Shown here piece by piece: positions 27,410 through 40,007 of a stretch of DNA of 64,000 bases. Source of the DNA: Schmidtea polychroa (taxonomy: Eukaryota); the NCBI GenBank assembly GCA_044892525.1, contig CM097887.1, positions 117,840,397 through 117,904,396 of the forward strand, given 5' to 3'. The notes under the pieces were generated by a model that worked only from the letters and a program-made list of their open reading frames with translations, was not told the DNA's origin and did not search any database. Within the stretch, counting starts at the first letter, position 1; the number at the start of each line of letters is the position of its first letter. The translations under genes were made by a program, and so were the position numbers.

Positions 27410-27900
27410 ACTCAAAATACACGTGGTTAATGCATTTTGAATGTAGACTTTTGCGCTGAATGATTTGAAAGGCTTTTCTTTCACAATCAACATGTAATTC
27501 CTTACTGTCAAAATTTCAATATCCAATTATTTATTAAAACTTTCTTTATTGTGATTATGGTGATTACTAATTTAATTTTAGTGAATATGTTTACTTTAAT
27601 GATTGATTATTGCACAAATATATTTCTTTCTTTGAATGTTTCTTTTAATGGACTGCAAATATCCATATTTATTTTCTCCATCAGCCCTGAAACTTGAATT
27701 ACTTGAGTTTTTACTTTTTAGTTGAAACCTTGTTTTTCTGACATGCTTCAAATATTGAACTAGTTTTTTTTATTTCAATTAGCAAATCTTCCATATCAAA
27801 ATTGTTTTGAATATATTTCATTACTTTTTCTACTCCTGGAGGGCATGATAAAGATGTGCTTCCTTTATCATTTCTCGTCTTTTTGTTTCTGATATTTTAG
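27410..27900 (-). pseudogene. Ty3/Gypsy integrase relic
   Basis: Frameshifted EMIKEAHLYHA..GVEKVMKYIQNNF...EACQKNK and MEKINMDICSPLKET..YICAII match the integrase zinc-binding region and core start. Confidence 0.55.
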
Positions 27901-28289
27901 TTCCTTTTAACATGTATTTATTATTATTATTTTTATTTAATTGAACTTCTATATCTTGTATCTCTGCATTATCTCTCTATCACTTCTCTCCATTATTTCC
28001 AGTCAATTCCGTTTAAACTGATCACACATAACATTTAAACTATATTATTTTATTGTTTTGGAATTCCTTATAATCAACAATAATATTTATTGAGTCTTTT
28101 TGGATAGAAGTCAATGACTACATATGGTACGCAATTGCGTTTGGGAATGGAAAATAAATAATGGAATTTGTAGTAATAAACAAATTTTAATATTATTTTA
28201 ATTATTTTAGATAAAACTTTGATTTTGGTCTACTGCATTAGTTAGTTTCAAATTTTCTGTAATCATACTGTATTTTTATTTTAGTTTTC

Positions 28290-28344
28290 ATGATGTTGTT
28301 AATTTTGGTGGTTTTGTTCGTGGAGGTCAGATTCAAGCTTTGTA
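28290..28344 (+). CDS. signal-peptide exon, paralog of 5268-5325 (downstream exons unresolved)
   Basis: MMLLILVVLFVEVRFKLC followed by a GTAAGT donor, phase 1. Acceptor TTTTAG just upstream. Confidence 0.4.
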
Positions 28345-29365
28345 GTAAGTGGATGTTTATTATCTATGTCTTACGATATCTTTCTCCAGTTATTCCAGGG
28401 TAAATGAAAGTGAAATATGTGAGTTACAGATAAAAAGATATAATCTAAATAAAAATTGAAATAAATACTCTTATCAAAGTTTATTGTTAATATAACTTTT
28501 TATAATTTATTCTTCAAATAATGTTCCTGAATTTATTTTTGCAAGTATTAACTAGTTATGGTTACTGGGACAGCTATACTATCGAAATTTTAATATAGAT
28601 AAGTAAAATAATATTATTAACCGTTTTAGCACTTAACTTGCATAACTAGGTGTATGAATAACATTTTTAATGCAATTTATTAATTTATTTATTTACAAAT
28701 TTTCTCATTTGTATTTTAATTTCAGCTAAGATTTTCAGATGTTCCAACAGGAGGAGTAAGTCAGTTTATATTTTAGTATGATGCATATGGTTGTATATAT
28801 TAATAATTTATGATGTAAAAATGTAAATAATTCTAAATTGAGGATGAATTTATAAAAAATCAAATAATCTTTTTTAGTATTTAGTTTTCTTTCTATGTTA
28901 TTAGGGCATAGAATTCCGAGATTTCGCAATTAAAAAAATAGTAATAAAATTGTTACTAATATTATGAAATATTTTTATTATTTAAATTTTTATAATATAT
29001 TTTATTCATAGTTATTTTTTTAAATGAGTTTAAATCTTGTTTAAATCATGAAGCATTTGATGCATTATGCATTTTACGTTTTTCTTTAAAATACAATAAA
29101 AGATACATTTAATAAAATACAATATGTATCAATCTCATAATTCGAGAATTGAACAACTGTCCTGGATTGAATTCCTTTATGTGGTCCCATTTCAGTTAGG
29201 TCAATATAATGATACTATACAAAATAATTCAAATAAATAAATTTATTGTAATATTATTTATTTATTATTTGTTAGAAAGTTGTTTTATAAATAATTTCGT
29301 GATTGACTAGATATTTTAAAGATATTCTTTTTAAAAAAATGGCATACTTATTTATATAAATTATT

Positions 29366-29605
29366 AAAAAGAGAGCTTGAAGACTATATATCAGTAATAT
29401 ATCGATGTTTGTTGATAATCACGAATTTTCGGCACTGCCTTTTCAAGTGAATATCACTTGAAAAAGGCAGTGCCGAAAATTCGTGAGTATCATAAAACAT
29501 CGATATATTACTGATTTATAGTCTTCAAGCTCTCTTTATAATAAATTCAATGGAATAAATAATCAGTGGTGAAGTTGGAAAAAAATGTTCTTATAATATA
29601 TAAAT
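29366..29605. repeat. long near-perfect palindrome made of two head-to-head copies of a dispersed repeat
   Basis: Arms ~85 bp around the centre CAAGTGA-ATA-TCACTTG (29444-29460). The right arm continues as the reverse complement of 6557-6710. Confidence 0.85.
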
Positions 29606-29971
29606 TATGTTTTCATAAATAATTCCACGATCGAGAATTTATTTTAAAAATGATAATATGTTATGAACATTAATCAAAACTAGATTTTAAAGGATGTGGG
29701 GGCATATAAAGATATATAGTGTTGATATAAGGTTGGTCTTTCTACAATAATCTAAACTAATGAAAATTCGACATAGACATTTGCCCAGAGTTATAGTTTT
29801 ATAATNNNNNNNNNNNNNNNNNNNNNNNNNNNNNNNNNNNNNNNNNNNNNNNNNNNNNNNNNNNNNNNNNNNNNNNNNNNNNNNNNNNNNNNNNNNNNNN
29901 NNNNNNNNNNNNNNNNNNNNNNNNNNNNNNNNNNNNNNNNNNNNNNNNNNNNNNNNNNNNNNNNNNNNNNN

Positions 29972-30536
29972 AAGTAATGGTGTAACATTTTTTTGTCGGA
30001 CGTCTCACTTGAATAAAATAAACAGTACAAGCTTTGTGATACTCAGTGCAAATCCCAATAGTAGACTAGTTTCGAGCTTTTGGTTCTCATCAGTGCTGTG
30101 CAGGAGACGCGAAGATTTCTCTTCGCGCCAGGTAAGTATACAATATTGTACTGTTTATTTTATTCAAGCGAGACATCCGACAAAAATGTTACTCCATTAC
30201 TTTATAAGTTAAAAATGCTAAAGGTAATCGGATGCACTTGTAAACAGTTTCTGTGTATCGACTAATTTTTTTAGTCTGCAGAGGTCATTATGATTTTTCA
30301 TACGCCATGTTTACAAGTTTGCAGATATTTTTTTTGCGATTTAGCTAATTTCCAAGTGATGTGATTTCCAGTGTAACGGGGAAAGTATGCAATAGAGTTG
30401 AATCAACAATATTGTATACTTACCTGGCGCGAAGAGAAATCTTCGCGTCTCCTGCATAGTACTAATGAGAGCCAAAAGCTCGAAACTAGTATACTATTGG
30501 AATTTGCACTGAGTATCACAAAGCTTGTACTGTTTA
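29972..30536. repeat. nested fold-back (inverted repeat) element
   Basis: 30019-30150 and 30406-30536 are ~130-bp inverted repeats. 29972-30030 and 30147-30203 form a second inverted pair. Confidence 0.85.
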
Positions 30537-31806
30537 TAGTAAAAATAATAATAACAATAATAATAAAAAATATATTGAATTGTGTTTATAAATTTTATTA
30601 AAACTATAGAGTTATTAGTTTGTCTTAGTTTTAGAGTCTATATTAAGCAATTAGGTCAAAAGTAAAAAATATCAAGTTTACGGTTACGACGACTCTTTGT
30701 AAGACTTATTGCTAATGTAACGTATTTGTGTGTCCTTAGGTATATCGTAATCTTTGAGCTTATTGTAGATTCTTAACTTAATTTCCATTGTTTCTATTCC
30801 CTTTTAACATATTAAATCTTGGATGTATTATAAAAAGAAAATGGATTATACATAAACGTTAAATCGATCAAAACAAATTCCCATTAACCTGACAAGTTTA
30901 CTGAATTTTCAATTTTGATTTTAAATTGACTGGCTTATTTATTTTGGTGAAATTTTATAAAAATTGCTCTTCTTTACTTTAGATCGTTTGTGTATTTCTA
31001 TCTTGGATTTTGATAATCATATTATTTGATTTAATATTGGTCAGTAGTTATGGAAAATGTACACAGGGGTACATCGGATGGTCTGCTCCAGAGGGCTACT
31101 CACTACATACTATATAGAAATAATTATTCATATATTGTTTGCAGAACTAAATAGAACATATTGGGAATGCAAATTGCGTGAACATGATTATTAAAATAAA
31201 GATTAATTGATATTAAATAGCTCCTTCTATCATTATTACTCTTAATTTATTGTGTTTATTAAATTAAAAAAGATAACGTTATTCAGATACACAAGTAAAC
31301 TATCAGATCTTGCAAAGCCGAAAATATTTGGAAACTGGTAAGACCTATATTTTATCTTTAAAAACATTGATACAGTTCACATGTGTTCAATTCATGGCCA
31401 GTGAGTTTGCATTGTGAATCTGATTAAGAGTAACAATAATTTTATTTTCACATAGAAGAATCATATAAGATTCATAAGAAAATAACATATTGCATGCAAA
31501 AAAAAACAAATTTACGTTGAATGTACATTATCTGATGACTTGCAATAATTTAATATTTTCAATTTTTTATAATATTAACTTTTTAAATTTTATTATTTAT
31601 TTTTATGAAAAAGTTAATTGAAAATATTGATTAGTCTGGATTGATAGGTACTAAATTGTTAGCAGTTTCAAGCCATTCTTTTCCTTTTAGGGTTATTTTC
31701 TAATAATACAAGGCTTCTTCATCATTGATGCATTTTCAATTTCTTTTATCTTCAATTGGACAATGGATAGATATTTTGTTTCGAAATTATCACGAATGCT
31801 TACAGA

Positions 31807-32257
31807 TAGGGTTGCCAACTCCCAAAACCTTGAACCCGGGAGATTCTAAAATTGCGAACAGTATAACGCTTAAGAAATAATATAACAGGTGTTTTTTCAC
31901 TTTTTTGGTGTACACATTTTACTAGTTTTTAAACATTAAAATTCTAAAAGTGAAAAAACCTGACAGTGACAGATTAATAACGTGGGTAAGAAGAACAACA
32001 TAAAATCGCTCGCCGTGAACAGACAACTTAAACTTCCGGTGACTGTGAGCAAAAATAAATCTTGACTATCATTATTTTAGAGAAATCAAAAAAAATGTTA
32101 AAACTTCAAAAACTGCACTTTTTTTTGAAAAATTGTAAAATATTGTAAAAACGGAAAGACGAGAGATTTACATCTTCCGGCTCATAAATAACCGGGAGAC
32201 GGGAGACAAGCCGATTCCGGGAGACTCCCGGCGAAAACGGGAGAGTTGGCAAGCCTA
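31807..32257. mobile_element. hAT MITE
   Basis: TIRs TAGGGTTGCCAACTCCC / GGGAGAGTTGGCAAGCCTA, subterminal CGGGAGA repeats, degenerate 8-bp TSD CTTACAGA / ATTACAGG. Confidence 0.8.
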
Positions 32258-33735
32258 ATTACAGGAATACTCCCAAACATTTGAATGGAGATAAACAAAT
32301 TTTTTTTATATATTTTAAGAAAAAATCATCTACTCGGATATATGATCTCACATTATTATGCGTGTAAATTATTTTTTATATTATTTGAAAAATAATTAGT
32401 ATACTACAATTTCTCATTTAAAGGCTTTTAATATTATTAACTTAATTTTTATAAACTTACCTTTGTACAGTCTGTAAAAGCTCAGACTTGGGGTCTTTAA
32501 ATGCATTTGTGTGAAGCATATACCTACAATTATAAATATATATCAATATCAATAATGCTTTGATTTAAGTAAAAAATAATAAAAATAAAGAAATGAATTT
32601 TTTAACAGTTACTATAATAATAACAAAAAGCAAATTAGCTATTATATCAAATCTTTATATTTATAAACGAAATACAGATATTATTAATTATAATAACTAT
32701 TAAATAAAAATTGAAATTTTTTCATATAAATGGTGGGTTGCATGTAGTCAACATTTTACCTTATTGTGGTATTTCCAGCGAAACTCAAGATACAATATTT
32801 TTTGGCACTTGACATCCGTTGTGTGAATGAGGGAATACTCTCGAAAAGGGAGCACATCTCAGTGCATCATAATTAGCGAATATTCAAATGGGTTTGTGGA
32901 CCGCCGATAGAAGGCATATGTCCGTATTTATGTATATCGATGGCGACGTGAAATTTCGTTAATCATTTAAAATTAAGTAAATTAGTGCAAATTAATATTT
33001 AAATACTGAGACAATTAGGTAATACTTTAAAATTAAGGCAATAATATTTAGACCAGTGTTTCTCAAACGGTGTGCCGCGAGACTTTTTTTCCCAAAAAAG
33101 TTGGTTATAAAAAAAATTTAGAAAAACTATCAAGCTTTTTACTATGGAAAAGTCGCTTCTAAGGATCAAAATTACAGATAATTGTCTTTATTACCTTATA
33201 AAAATCTCTCGTAATCATATTTAATTAGTATGGACTAAAAAGTAGCTTTTTTATATATTATTGGAAAGTCAAAAAATTTGTAAAAATATTTGATTTTTGG
33301 GTAGGTGTGACGCGAAAGAAAGATAATAACAATTAAAGACAAAATAATAAGTTTATTTATCATAAATTTCGTTATAATAAGCTCATCTTATTTCAGCAAG
33401 TAGAATGTGTACTATTTATTTCTTATATTCTTGACAGCGTCTAAATCTAAAAGGATAAGTTAAGTTTGAAGGATCTGGACAGACTACATAATCCTCTAGA
33501 CATTTCAATTCAGATCCTTGTACAGATTCGTATTGTATACGAACAATTTCTGTATATTCCTATTAATTGGTTTATCCTGTAAGCCTGCAGTTCTGGGACA
33601 CATATGAAACCCGGTTCTTCACATTAGGAACAGCTCTTCCATCTTCAATAGTATTGTTTCGAAGACATGCTTCTTGCTCATCAATGATTTGAATTTTTGC
33701 TTTTGTCATTAATCAATCGATTTAAACACAATTAA

Positions 33736-34197
33736 TTAACTTAATAAAAATTCTAGAATTTCTTCGTATGTTGTGAGATTTAAAATAATGGATTTTATAA
33801 AACTATGAATTTCTTGAACTTGATTGAAATAATCTAAATTTTTAATTCCTAATATTACTACTTTGCCACTTATAAACACATCGACACATAGTGAGTTGTA
33901 CTTGATGATTCGTAAAGCTGAAAATATTTCAGGTTCATAGTAGCAATTGGTTTTCATCGACAAGACATTCAAATCATTAGAAGTATCAATATCTAAGATT
34001 AATGTAATTGATTGAATTTGTAATTCTTAAATCTGATACTTGAGATCTCATTCTTGTAGTGGTTTCTTACCCTACATTACCCACTCTTGAAAAATCTGAT
34101 ATTTTCCGCTTCTCCACACAACATGTTGAGGTTTACCTGTCGGGAACTTCATTCCTTCTACTAAACATCTTTCTCTATAATTGATGTTTCTTGCCAT
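33736..34197 (-). pseudogene. TATA-binding-protein-like ORF (frameshifted) in the Polinton relic
   Basis: YEPEIFSALRII...CVDVFISGKVVILGIK resembles the TBP repeat YEPELFPGLIYRM...LIFVSGKVVLTGAK. N-terminal half MARNINYR...GKPQHVVWRSG is in another frame. Confidence 0.55.
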
Positions 34198-34248
34198 TTT
34201 TGATATAATTCCAATTATAAACAAATTAAATGAAATAACTTAAATAAA

Positions 34249-34795
34249 ATGGAATTAAGAAATGATGCAGTATATCAAATTGTAGGACCTAGTGGTAGTA
34301 GAAAAACTTTATTTGTATGTAATTTATTACAATCAAACATGTTTAAATCAAATTCAATAAAATTTATTGGCTTATAGGTGCAGACGAAGACCACGTCAAG
34401 GTGAAGTTATTATTATTATCAATGATTGGTATCAGGAAGCTAATAAAGAAAAAGATTTTAATAATTTATTTACAAAAATCACTAGACATTGTGGAGTTAC
34501 AGTTATTTTTATAACACAAAACCTTTTTCATCAAGGCTGAAGTCATAGAACACGTAATTTAAATGTTCAATATTTGATTATTGTCAAAAATCCGCGAGAT
34601 CAAACAATTATTGGATTTATTGCAAGGCAAGCTTTACCTTATAATAGCAAATTTTTAATAGAATCATTCCAAGATGCAACAAATGTTCCCCATGGATATT
34701 TATTCTTTGACTTTACACAACAATGTCCTGATGATATGCGTATTAGAATAGATATTTTAAATGTCAATGGTGTTAAGATTTATAAACAGAATTGA
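34249..34795 (+). pseudogene. A32/FtsK-like DNA packaging ATPase (Polinton type)
   Basis: Walker A GPSGSRKT; TRHCGVTVIFITQNLF; KNPRDQTIIGFIARQ; ATNVPHGYLFFDFTQQCPDDMRIR. Frameshifts and one internal stop. Confidence 0.8.
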
Positions 34796-34955
34796 AAACA
34801 ATTAATTAAACTAATCGTGGCATTTAAAAAAGTAATTGTTAAAAAAAAGTTAATAAGAAAACAAAACGTAGTAATAAAAGTAAGAATATTAAGAAACAAA
34901 CTAAGAAATGGATTAAATTATAAACAATCCATTAAGTGAAATAATTTTAGAATTA

Positions 34956-35190
34956 ATGAAATTTGAACGGAGTTTACTATATTTTAATACTTGGATCAAG
35001 TCTTCAAATTCAAAACGAATGTCGATTTTACAGGCTTTTCCATCTTTTGTTATTGATGATTTACTTGAAGTTATTGTAAATTTTGTTCGTGGTAATGTAA
35101 ATATTACTAATATTACTAATGTAAATATTTTTGCAAAGACAAAAGATCACTTTTATTGTTAATCGATACTAAAAATCAAAGTCTGATGAG
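34956..35190 (+). pseudogene. conserved Polinton ORF downstream of the ATPase
   Basis: KRMSILQ...IDDLLEVIVNFVRGNVNI resembles the R..IL...I..ICE...N.L.GNV.L ORF that I recall adjacent to the ATPase in animal Polintons. Confidence 0.5.
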
Positions 35191-35911
35191 AATTCCAAAA
35201 TCGCAATCTCATTGGACAACGCAAAAGGCGAAATCAACATGATTTGCTATCAGAATGAGAAACAGATTCAAAGGTTTTGTGATTCAGTATTGAAAATCAA
35301 TTTTCTTTTCACTGAAGATTTAGAGAAAATTGATAAATTATTTGAAAAATCAATTTTAGATATTGAAAACAACGATTTAATTTACAACTACGCACCGAAT
35401 GTTATGGGAAATGCGAATGATATTTTAAGTTATATAATATTGTTGTGTTGGGCCAAGCTCCGAAGGTGTTGGAAAAGCGAACCGAAGAAGGGATAGAGTA
35501 AAATAAAATAAAAACATATAAAAAATACGAGAAACATAAGAGGAAACAAATTAAATATCCAGCAAAGAAATTAGAAAAACTAAATAAAATAACAAAACCT
35601 CTAAAGGAAAAATAAGACAAGAGGGAAGGCACCTAATAAACGACAGTAAAAGAAAAAATAAAATAGCAGAAAATCTAAGAAAAATGAAGAAAAACAAAAT
35701 AAAAAATCATCCATAAGGCTAATTAAAACAAAAAAAAAATGAAGTTACAATAAAATAGCAACAAAACCACAGGAAAAACAGATAAAATAATAAAAAATAG
35801 GAAAATAAATAAAATAATAATAAAAATAGGAAAAAGTCATTAAAATACACCTGATTACATTAAAAAACATAAAAATTATAATAAACAATAATATTACATG
35901 CAAGTCGCGCC

Positions 35912-35938
35912 CTGATTGGACGAAAAGTAATATATAAA
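35912..35938 (+). promoter_or_regulatory. candidate LTR promoter (inverted CCAAT plus TATA)
   Basis: CTGATTGG followed by TATATAAA at 35931-35938, after an A-rich U3-like stretch. Repeated in the 3' LTR (~62157-62183). Confidence 0.45.
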
Positions 35939-38206
35939 GAGCGACAAAAATCTGTAGAGTATCATTCTAACCCGAAACTCTACAGGAAAACTAGGAACAA
36001 TTCACAAGCACAGATTATTGAACCATATTCATTCATCGGATAACATATACCTTTAACGGAGATCGAATTCAGTTCAGTCGAACGAGTCTATCTAAAGAAA
36101 ACTTATATTATTTTGATCTAACACCTTTCGGAGATTTTTGGTAAATTATGTTTTAGATTTTAGCATGATGATTTAAATATTTATTATGAATTTAAAAAGT
36201 CGTTTATAATTCAATAAATTTCATATTTTAAACAAAGGTGTTGCTTTCTCTCTATGATGCTGGCGACGGCGTCCTCTGGAATCCGGGTATGATGCAGTTG
36301 AGTTTTTCGAACGTCCTACGGAGAGGAAATTTACGAATACGAACTCGAGAAATTGAAGTGATAGAACCAGCCCAGGATCCATATGAATTTAGAAACTAAA
36401 GTGATTACTTAATGAATACGAGATTTATGCTAACCAGAGTCATCATGCCCGGATTTCAAATGTCGTGGTCGCCAGGTGAACATTTATTTAATTGATTTTC
36501 TCATAATTCCATTATTTCTATATTGATTTACTAAATAATTAAATTGTATTATTGCACATTTGTTGAGAATGGAGTTGCGATGTGACGGGTCGAGTCGTCC
36601 TTCACACCGGTCCAAGAGCAGTGGGCAGAGATGCGTACTGCCTTGGGTGGGTTGTGAGGAGCGAGGAAACCATGCGAGATGTAACAAATCAAGTAAAGAA
36701 TTCTTTCATCGAGTGTAATCCAACCATCTTAGTCGTCGAAAACCATCCATTGTAGAAACTTCTGAGTGACATAGTTTGAGACAACGATACCTTGGGAACT
36801 CCCAGAGGCATACCATTAGATCTATCATCAGCCTTGTATCCGATCACGTCATCAATAATCTTTGATTTAGGGCCTTATTCGTCTTGCATTGAGAGAAGTG
36901 CCTGTTAGAACGTCTGTCGGAAGGAGTTATTAATTTCGAGTTTCTACGAGAGATTCTCTGTACTAAGCCCATTTCGTATCTTACAATCTGAAGGTGCTTT
37001 GGAAGCTACACCGCCGGGAAGTTAGCGAATAGATCCATCGTCTTGCTTATCGTCGACTCCGGGGAAACTTAATCACCAACCGACAACTAGTCGCTGTCAT
37101 CGATAATAGCCGTTTTAGAGATGAGTGTAAACATCTCTGGATAGTAGATTTGAATACTGGCTATGAGCCCGAAGGAAACGGTCGCCAGTGACATTGGGTG
37201 AGCGTAGTAGACTGCCGGGAAATCGGTTGATAAGATATCTGAAGCCTCAGTCACGAGCGAACGAGTTGACCGTTTTTATCTCAAAACCAATTAGTGGAGC
37301 AAAATCTAAATATGGAATCGATCTTATCTAGTAGATTCGCAATTTAACCCACGCAATTAGATTCACGAGTTTTCTATGACCCCCTCTTAGATTTCCACTT
37401 GTCTAGAAACTCAGCCAGCAATGTCATGTCTAGTGTGCAGATAGTAGATAAATTTATCTCACAATTGCGTACTGGTAAAATAGGAGATGGTTAGACTACA
37501 TGTCCAATCCGACAGCGAGATTACGTCATACTGAATAGTAGAATTTCTACCTAGTCCACGAACACAGGCTGACAATAAATCAGACAATGCATGTATACGA
37601 ACAGACCAGACGACATCTGCTAGCCTACATCCAGGGTAAAACTAATACACCACTACTCACAAACAAGCGTCGTTATGACGACATTTATGGCGCAAGATTT
37701 AAGATGATCAAATAGTAAATTTTGATAAGACTTAAATTGAATTTTGTGGTTCTTTTATGAAGCCGATCACGACGTTTAAAACCCCAATAGTCACCAGTCA
37801 TACCGAACTATGCTTTTATGACCCCACGAGTGCGAAATTTTACGAATATAGTAGGGTGGGGAGTGGGAATGCTATTACTAGGGAAGGATAATTATAATAA
37901 ATTCGACTGTGGTAAATTAATAAAAGCACATTACATAAAAATGGCCAATTTCGGAAAATAAACATAAAATCAAAGTTAGGGTAAATGAATTGTTTTTTTT
38001 TTTTGTGGAATTCCGTTTTCTTTTTCTCTATCAGTATGGATGCTTGCAGACAAATGAGTGTGAATGTTGACCAGCGATATGGGTAGGTGGGTCATTGTCG
38101 AGTAGTATGATTGAAAATAGGGTAAAACTTGCAGTCAAAAATTTGGAAACGACACTCCAATGAACTTTTTTAAACTCTACGATTAACAAAACGTCTTGAT
38201 CTTTAG

Positions 38207-38968
38207 ATGCCTGCTTCAACCGCTACGAACAAGGATCTTCGTCCATGCTTCTCCTGCGCAGATAAAACCGCAGACATAGCACAACTCCACTTATATATCG
38301 GGGCACTGAAAAAGAGAATTGATCTCTATGAAGGCACGTGGTTCTCCCCGCCACAGATGAAGGAGGAGCGCAGTAAAATTCTTCGGTTGGAACATTGCCG
38401 GGACAGCCTCCTAGAGGAGAGTCGCTGTCAAAGACTGACGATCAAGGCGCAATCGGAAGCCCTCCACAAGGTCTACACGGAGGCAGAATTGGCCAAACGG
38501 GTACGAGAATTTCCCGTCTTGGAGGCCAGTAATGTTTTTCCAATTCACCACCAAAGTACTTCCACCGCTACAACCAGTTGTCTGGGGCACGGCTCCTATC
38601 TGCCGCCTGTTCCAGCACCGGCCTTATATAGTTATCAGCCGCCGGTAGGTGGTCCATCCGCCCCTATCTTGGCTCCAGTTTTAGTGACATCAGTTACAGC
38701 ACCCGATGCGGACAACCATCAACCACAGCGTAAAAGAAAACGGCCGACCCGAGCCGCCAAAAATCAAAGACGTCGAGATGCAATCGCGGCTCTTGAGGCG
38801 TCGTTATCTGTGGCTAAGTCTTCTCTGGAGAAGTTATCGTCACTACCCTCTACCCCCACCAAGGAGATATTCCGGGTGATCTCGCCCGAAGGGGTCCAGC
38901 TCGTGCGAGACCGTCGGTTACCGGTCGACATCGACGAGATGATCGCCGAAGGGGAAGTTTTCCCATAA
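38207..38968 (+). CDS. 253-aa ORF inside the LTR; N-terminal helical/coiled-coil, Pro-rich middle, basic patch (RKRKRPTR); function unknown
   Basis: Long GC-richer ORF within the inferred LTR, with a pyrimidine-rich splice acceptor upstream (TTTTCTCTATCAG, ~38034). Confidence 0.6.
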   Translation: MPASTATNKDLRPCFSCADKTADIAQLHLYIGALKKRIDLYEGTWFSPPQMKEERSKILRLEHCRDSLLEESRCQRLTIKAQSEALHKVYTEAELAKRVREFPVLEASNVFPIHHQSTSTATTSCLGHGSYLPPVPAPALYSYQPPVGGPSAPILAPVLVTSVTAPDADNHQPQRKRKRPTRAAKNQRRRDAIAALEASLSVAKSSLEKLSSLPSTPTKEIFRVISPEGVQLVRDRRLPVDIDEMIAEGEVFP

Positions 38969-39507
38969 TTGGACGTGTCGTTGACCCATCTCTCATTCCA
39001 CGCGATCAAGCTCGACAATCTCTATAAATGACTTAGATGATGCGTGTTTTGTACTCTCCTACGTGTTGTGATCGGAAATTTGTGTTCATATGTATCTTCA
39101 ATTTCATTAATATAATCATAGTGTTCGTTGTGTTGTCCTGTAAAAGTTATAGAGTGATGAGTTATGACTGGATAAATGAATTGGAATGACCATTGGAGAA
39201 TGTGGGTCGTCCCCTTGGACCAGGGTCGTACCAAGAATGCATGACGAGTATGGGTAAGACCTTCTTAGGCACCGGGGAACCTGAACTGAGAGTGGGTCCG
39301 TAGTAGTCCTAAGGCAGGGGCTCACCTGCGGATCAACTCCGACCCGTGTGAGCAGCACCAACGTGGGTAGATCATCACGGGCTCACATGAGGGAATATTT
39401 GTAAATCATGCGGGTTATGTGGGGGAAGGGCCCCGAGCTAAAAGAACATGATGCCAGCCGCACTACGTATGTCCGTTTGACTCCTCCCATATACCCAACA
39501 TGATTTT

Positions 39508-39525
39508 TGGGGGCTCAGCCGGGAT
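39508..39525 (+). promoter_or_regulatory. primer-binding site, tRNA-Pro type
   Basis: TGGGGGCTCAGCCGGGAT matches the MLV tRNA-Pro PBS TGGGGGCTCGTCCGGGAT at 16 of 18 positions and follows CCCAACA. Confidence 0.8.
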
Positions 39526-40007
39526 TACACTATCAATGCGATTTGTCGATCACCCATTATTGTGTTATGATGTGTTAGATTTAACAATTTAATTAAGGAT
39601 GATTAAAAACGGAATCGGGACCGAAACAAATCGATATTATAGTATAATAGGATGATGATACGAACTGTTTGTGTTTGAAGAGAGCATGCATGAATAAAAA
39701 CGAACCTAAATGAGTTTGAATGAAAATGAGGTTGAATGAATGTGAAAGAGTGCGATGAGAAAAGAAAACGGGAATCACTTATTTTGTTTAGTTTAATCTA
39801 GTAAATTAAAAAGAGGGATGAAAGGAAGTAATGATAATAAAAGTAAATGATTAAAGGGGAAAATATGACGAGGGAATTCCAAGGATGGAATAAAATACAA
39901 AAGTTAGAAATATTAACAATAAAAGTCAAACGAAAATTAAATACCAACCTGACAATATCATTAATAATACCCGCAAAACAAATAATAACAACACATTTTT
40001 TTTAGAT

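Larger units (their letters stand above)
33340..35445. mobile_element. Polinton/Maverick-like virus relic, interrupted on the right by the giant LTR element
   Basis: Compact intronless gene cluster with a packaging ATPase, the ORF that typically follows it, and divergent minus-strand ORFs. Confidence 0.7.
35446..39500 (+). repeat. 5' LTR (~4,055 bp)
   Basis: Starts TGTTGGG and ends CCCAACA (7-bp terminal inverted repeat), 7 nt before the PBS. The first 2.26 kb are directly confirmed by the 3' copy; the right boundary is inferred from the TIR and PBS. Confidence 0.82.

Noticed and set aside
35402-35632. Hydrophobic minus-strand ORF (also 61564-61878)
   Set aside because: Reverse complement of the low-complexity A-rich LTR start.
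36261-36278. TGGCGACG as a tRNA-Ser PBS
   Set aside because: Only an 8-nt match, not preceded by CA, and present in both repeat copies.
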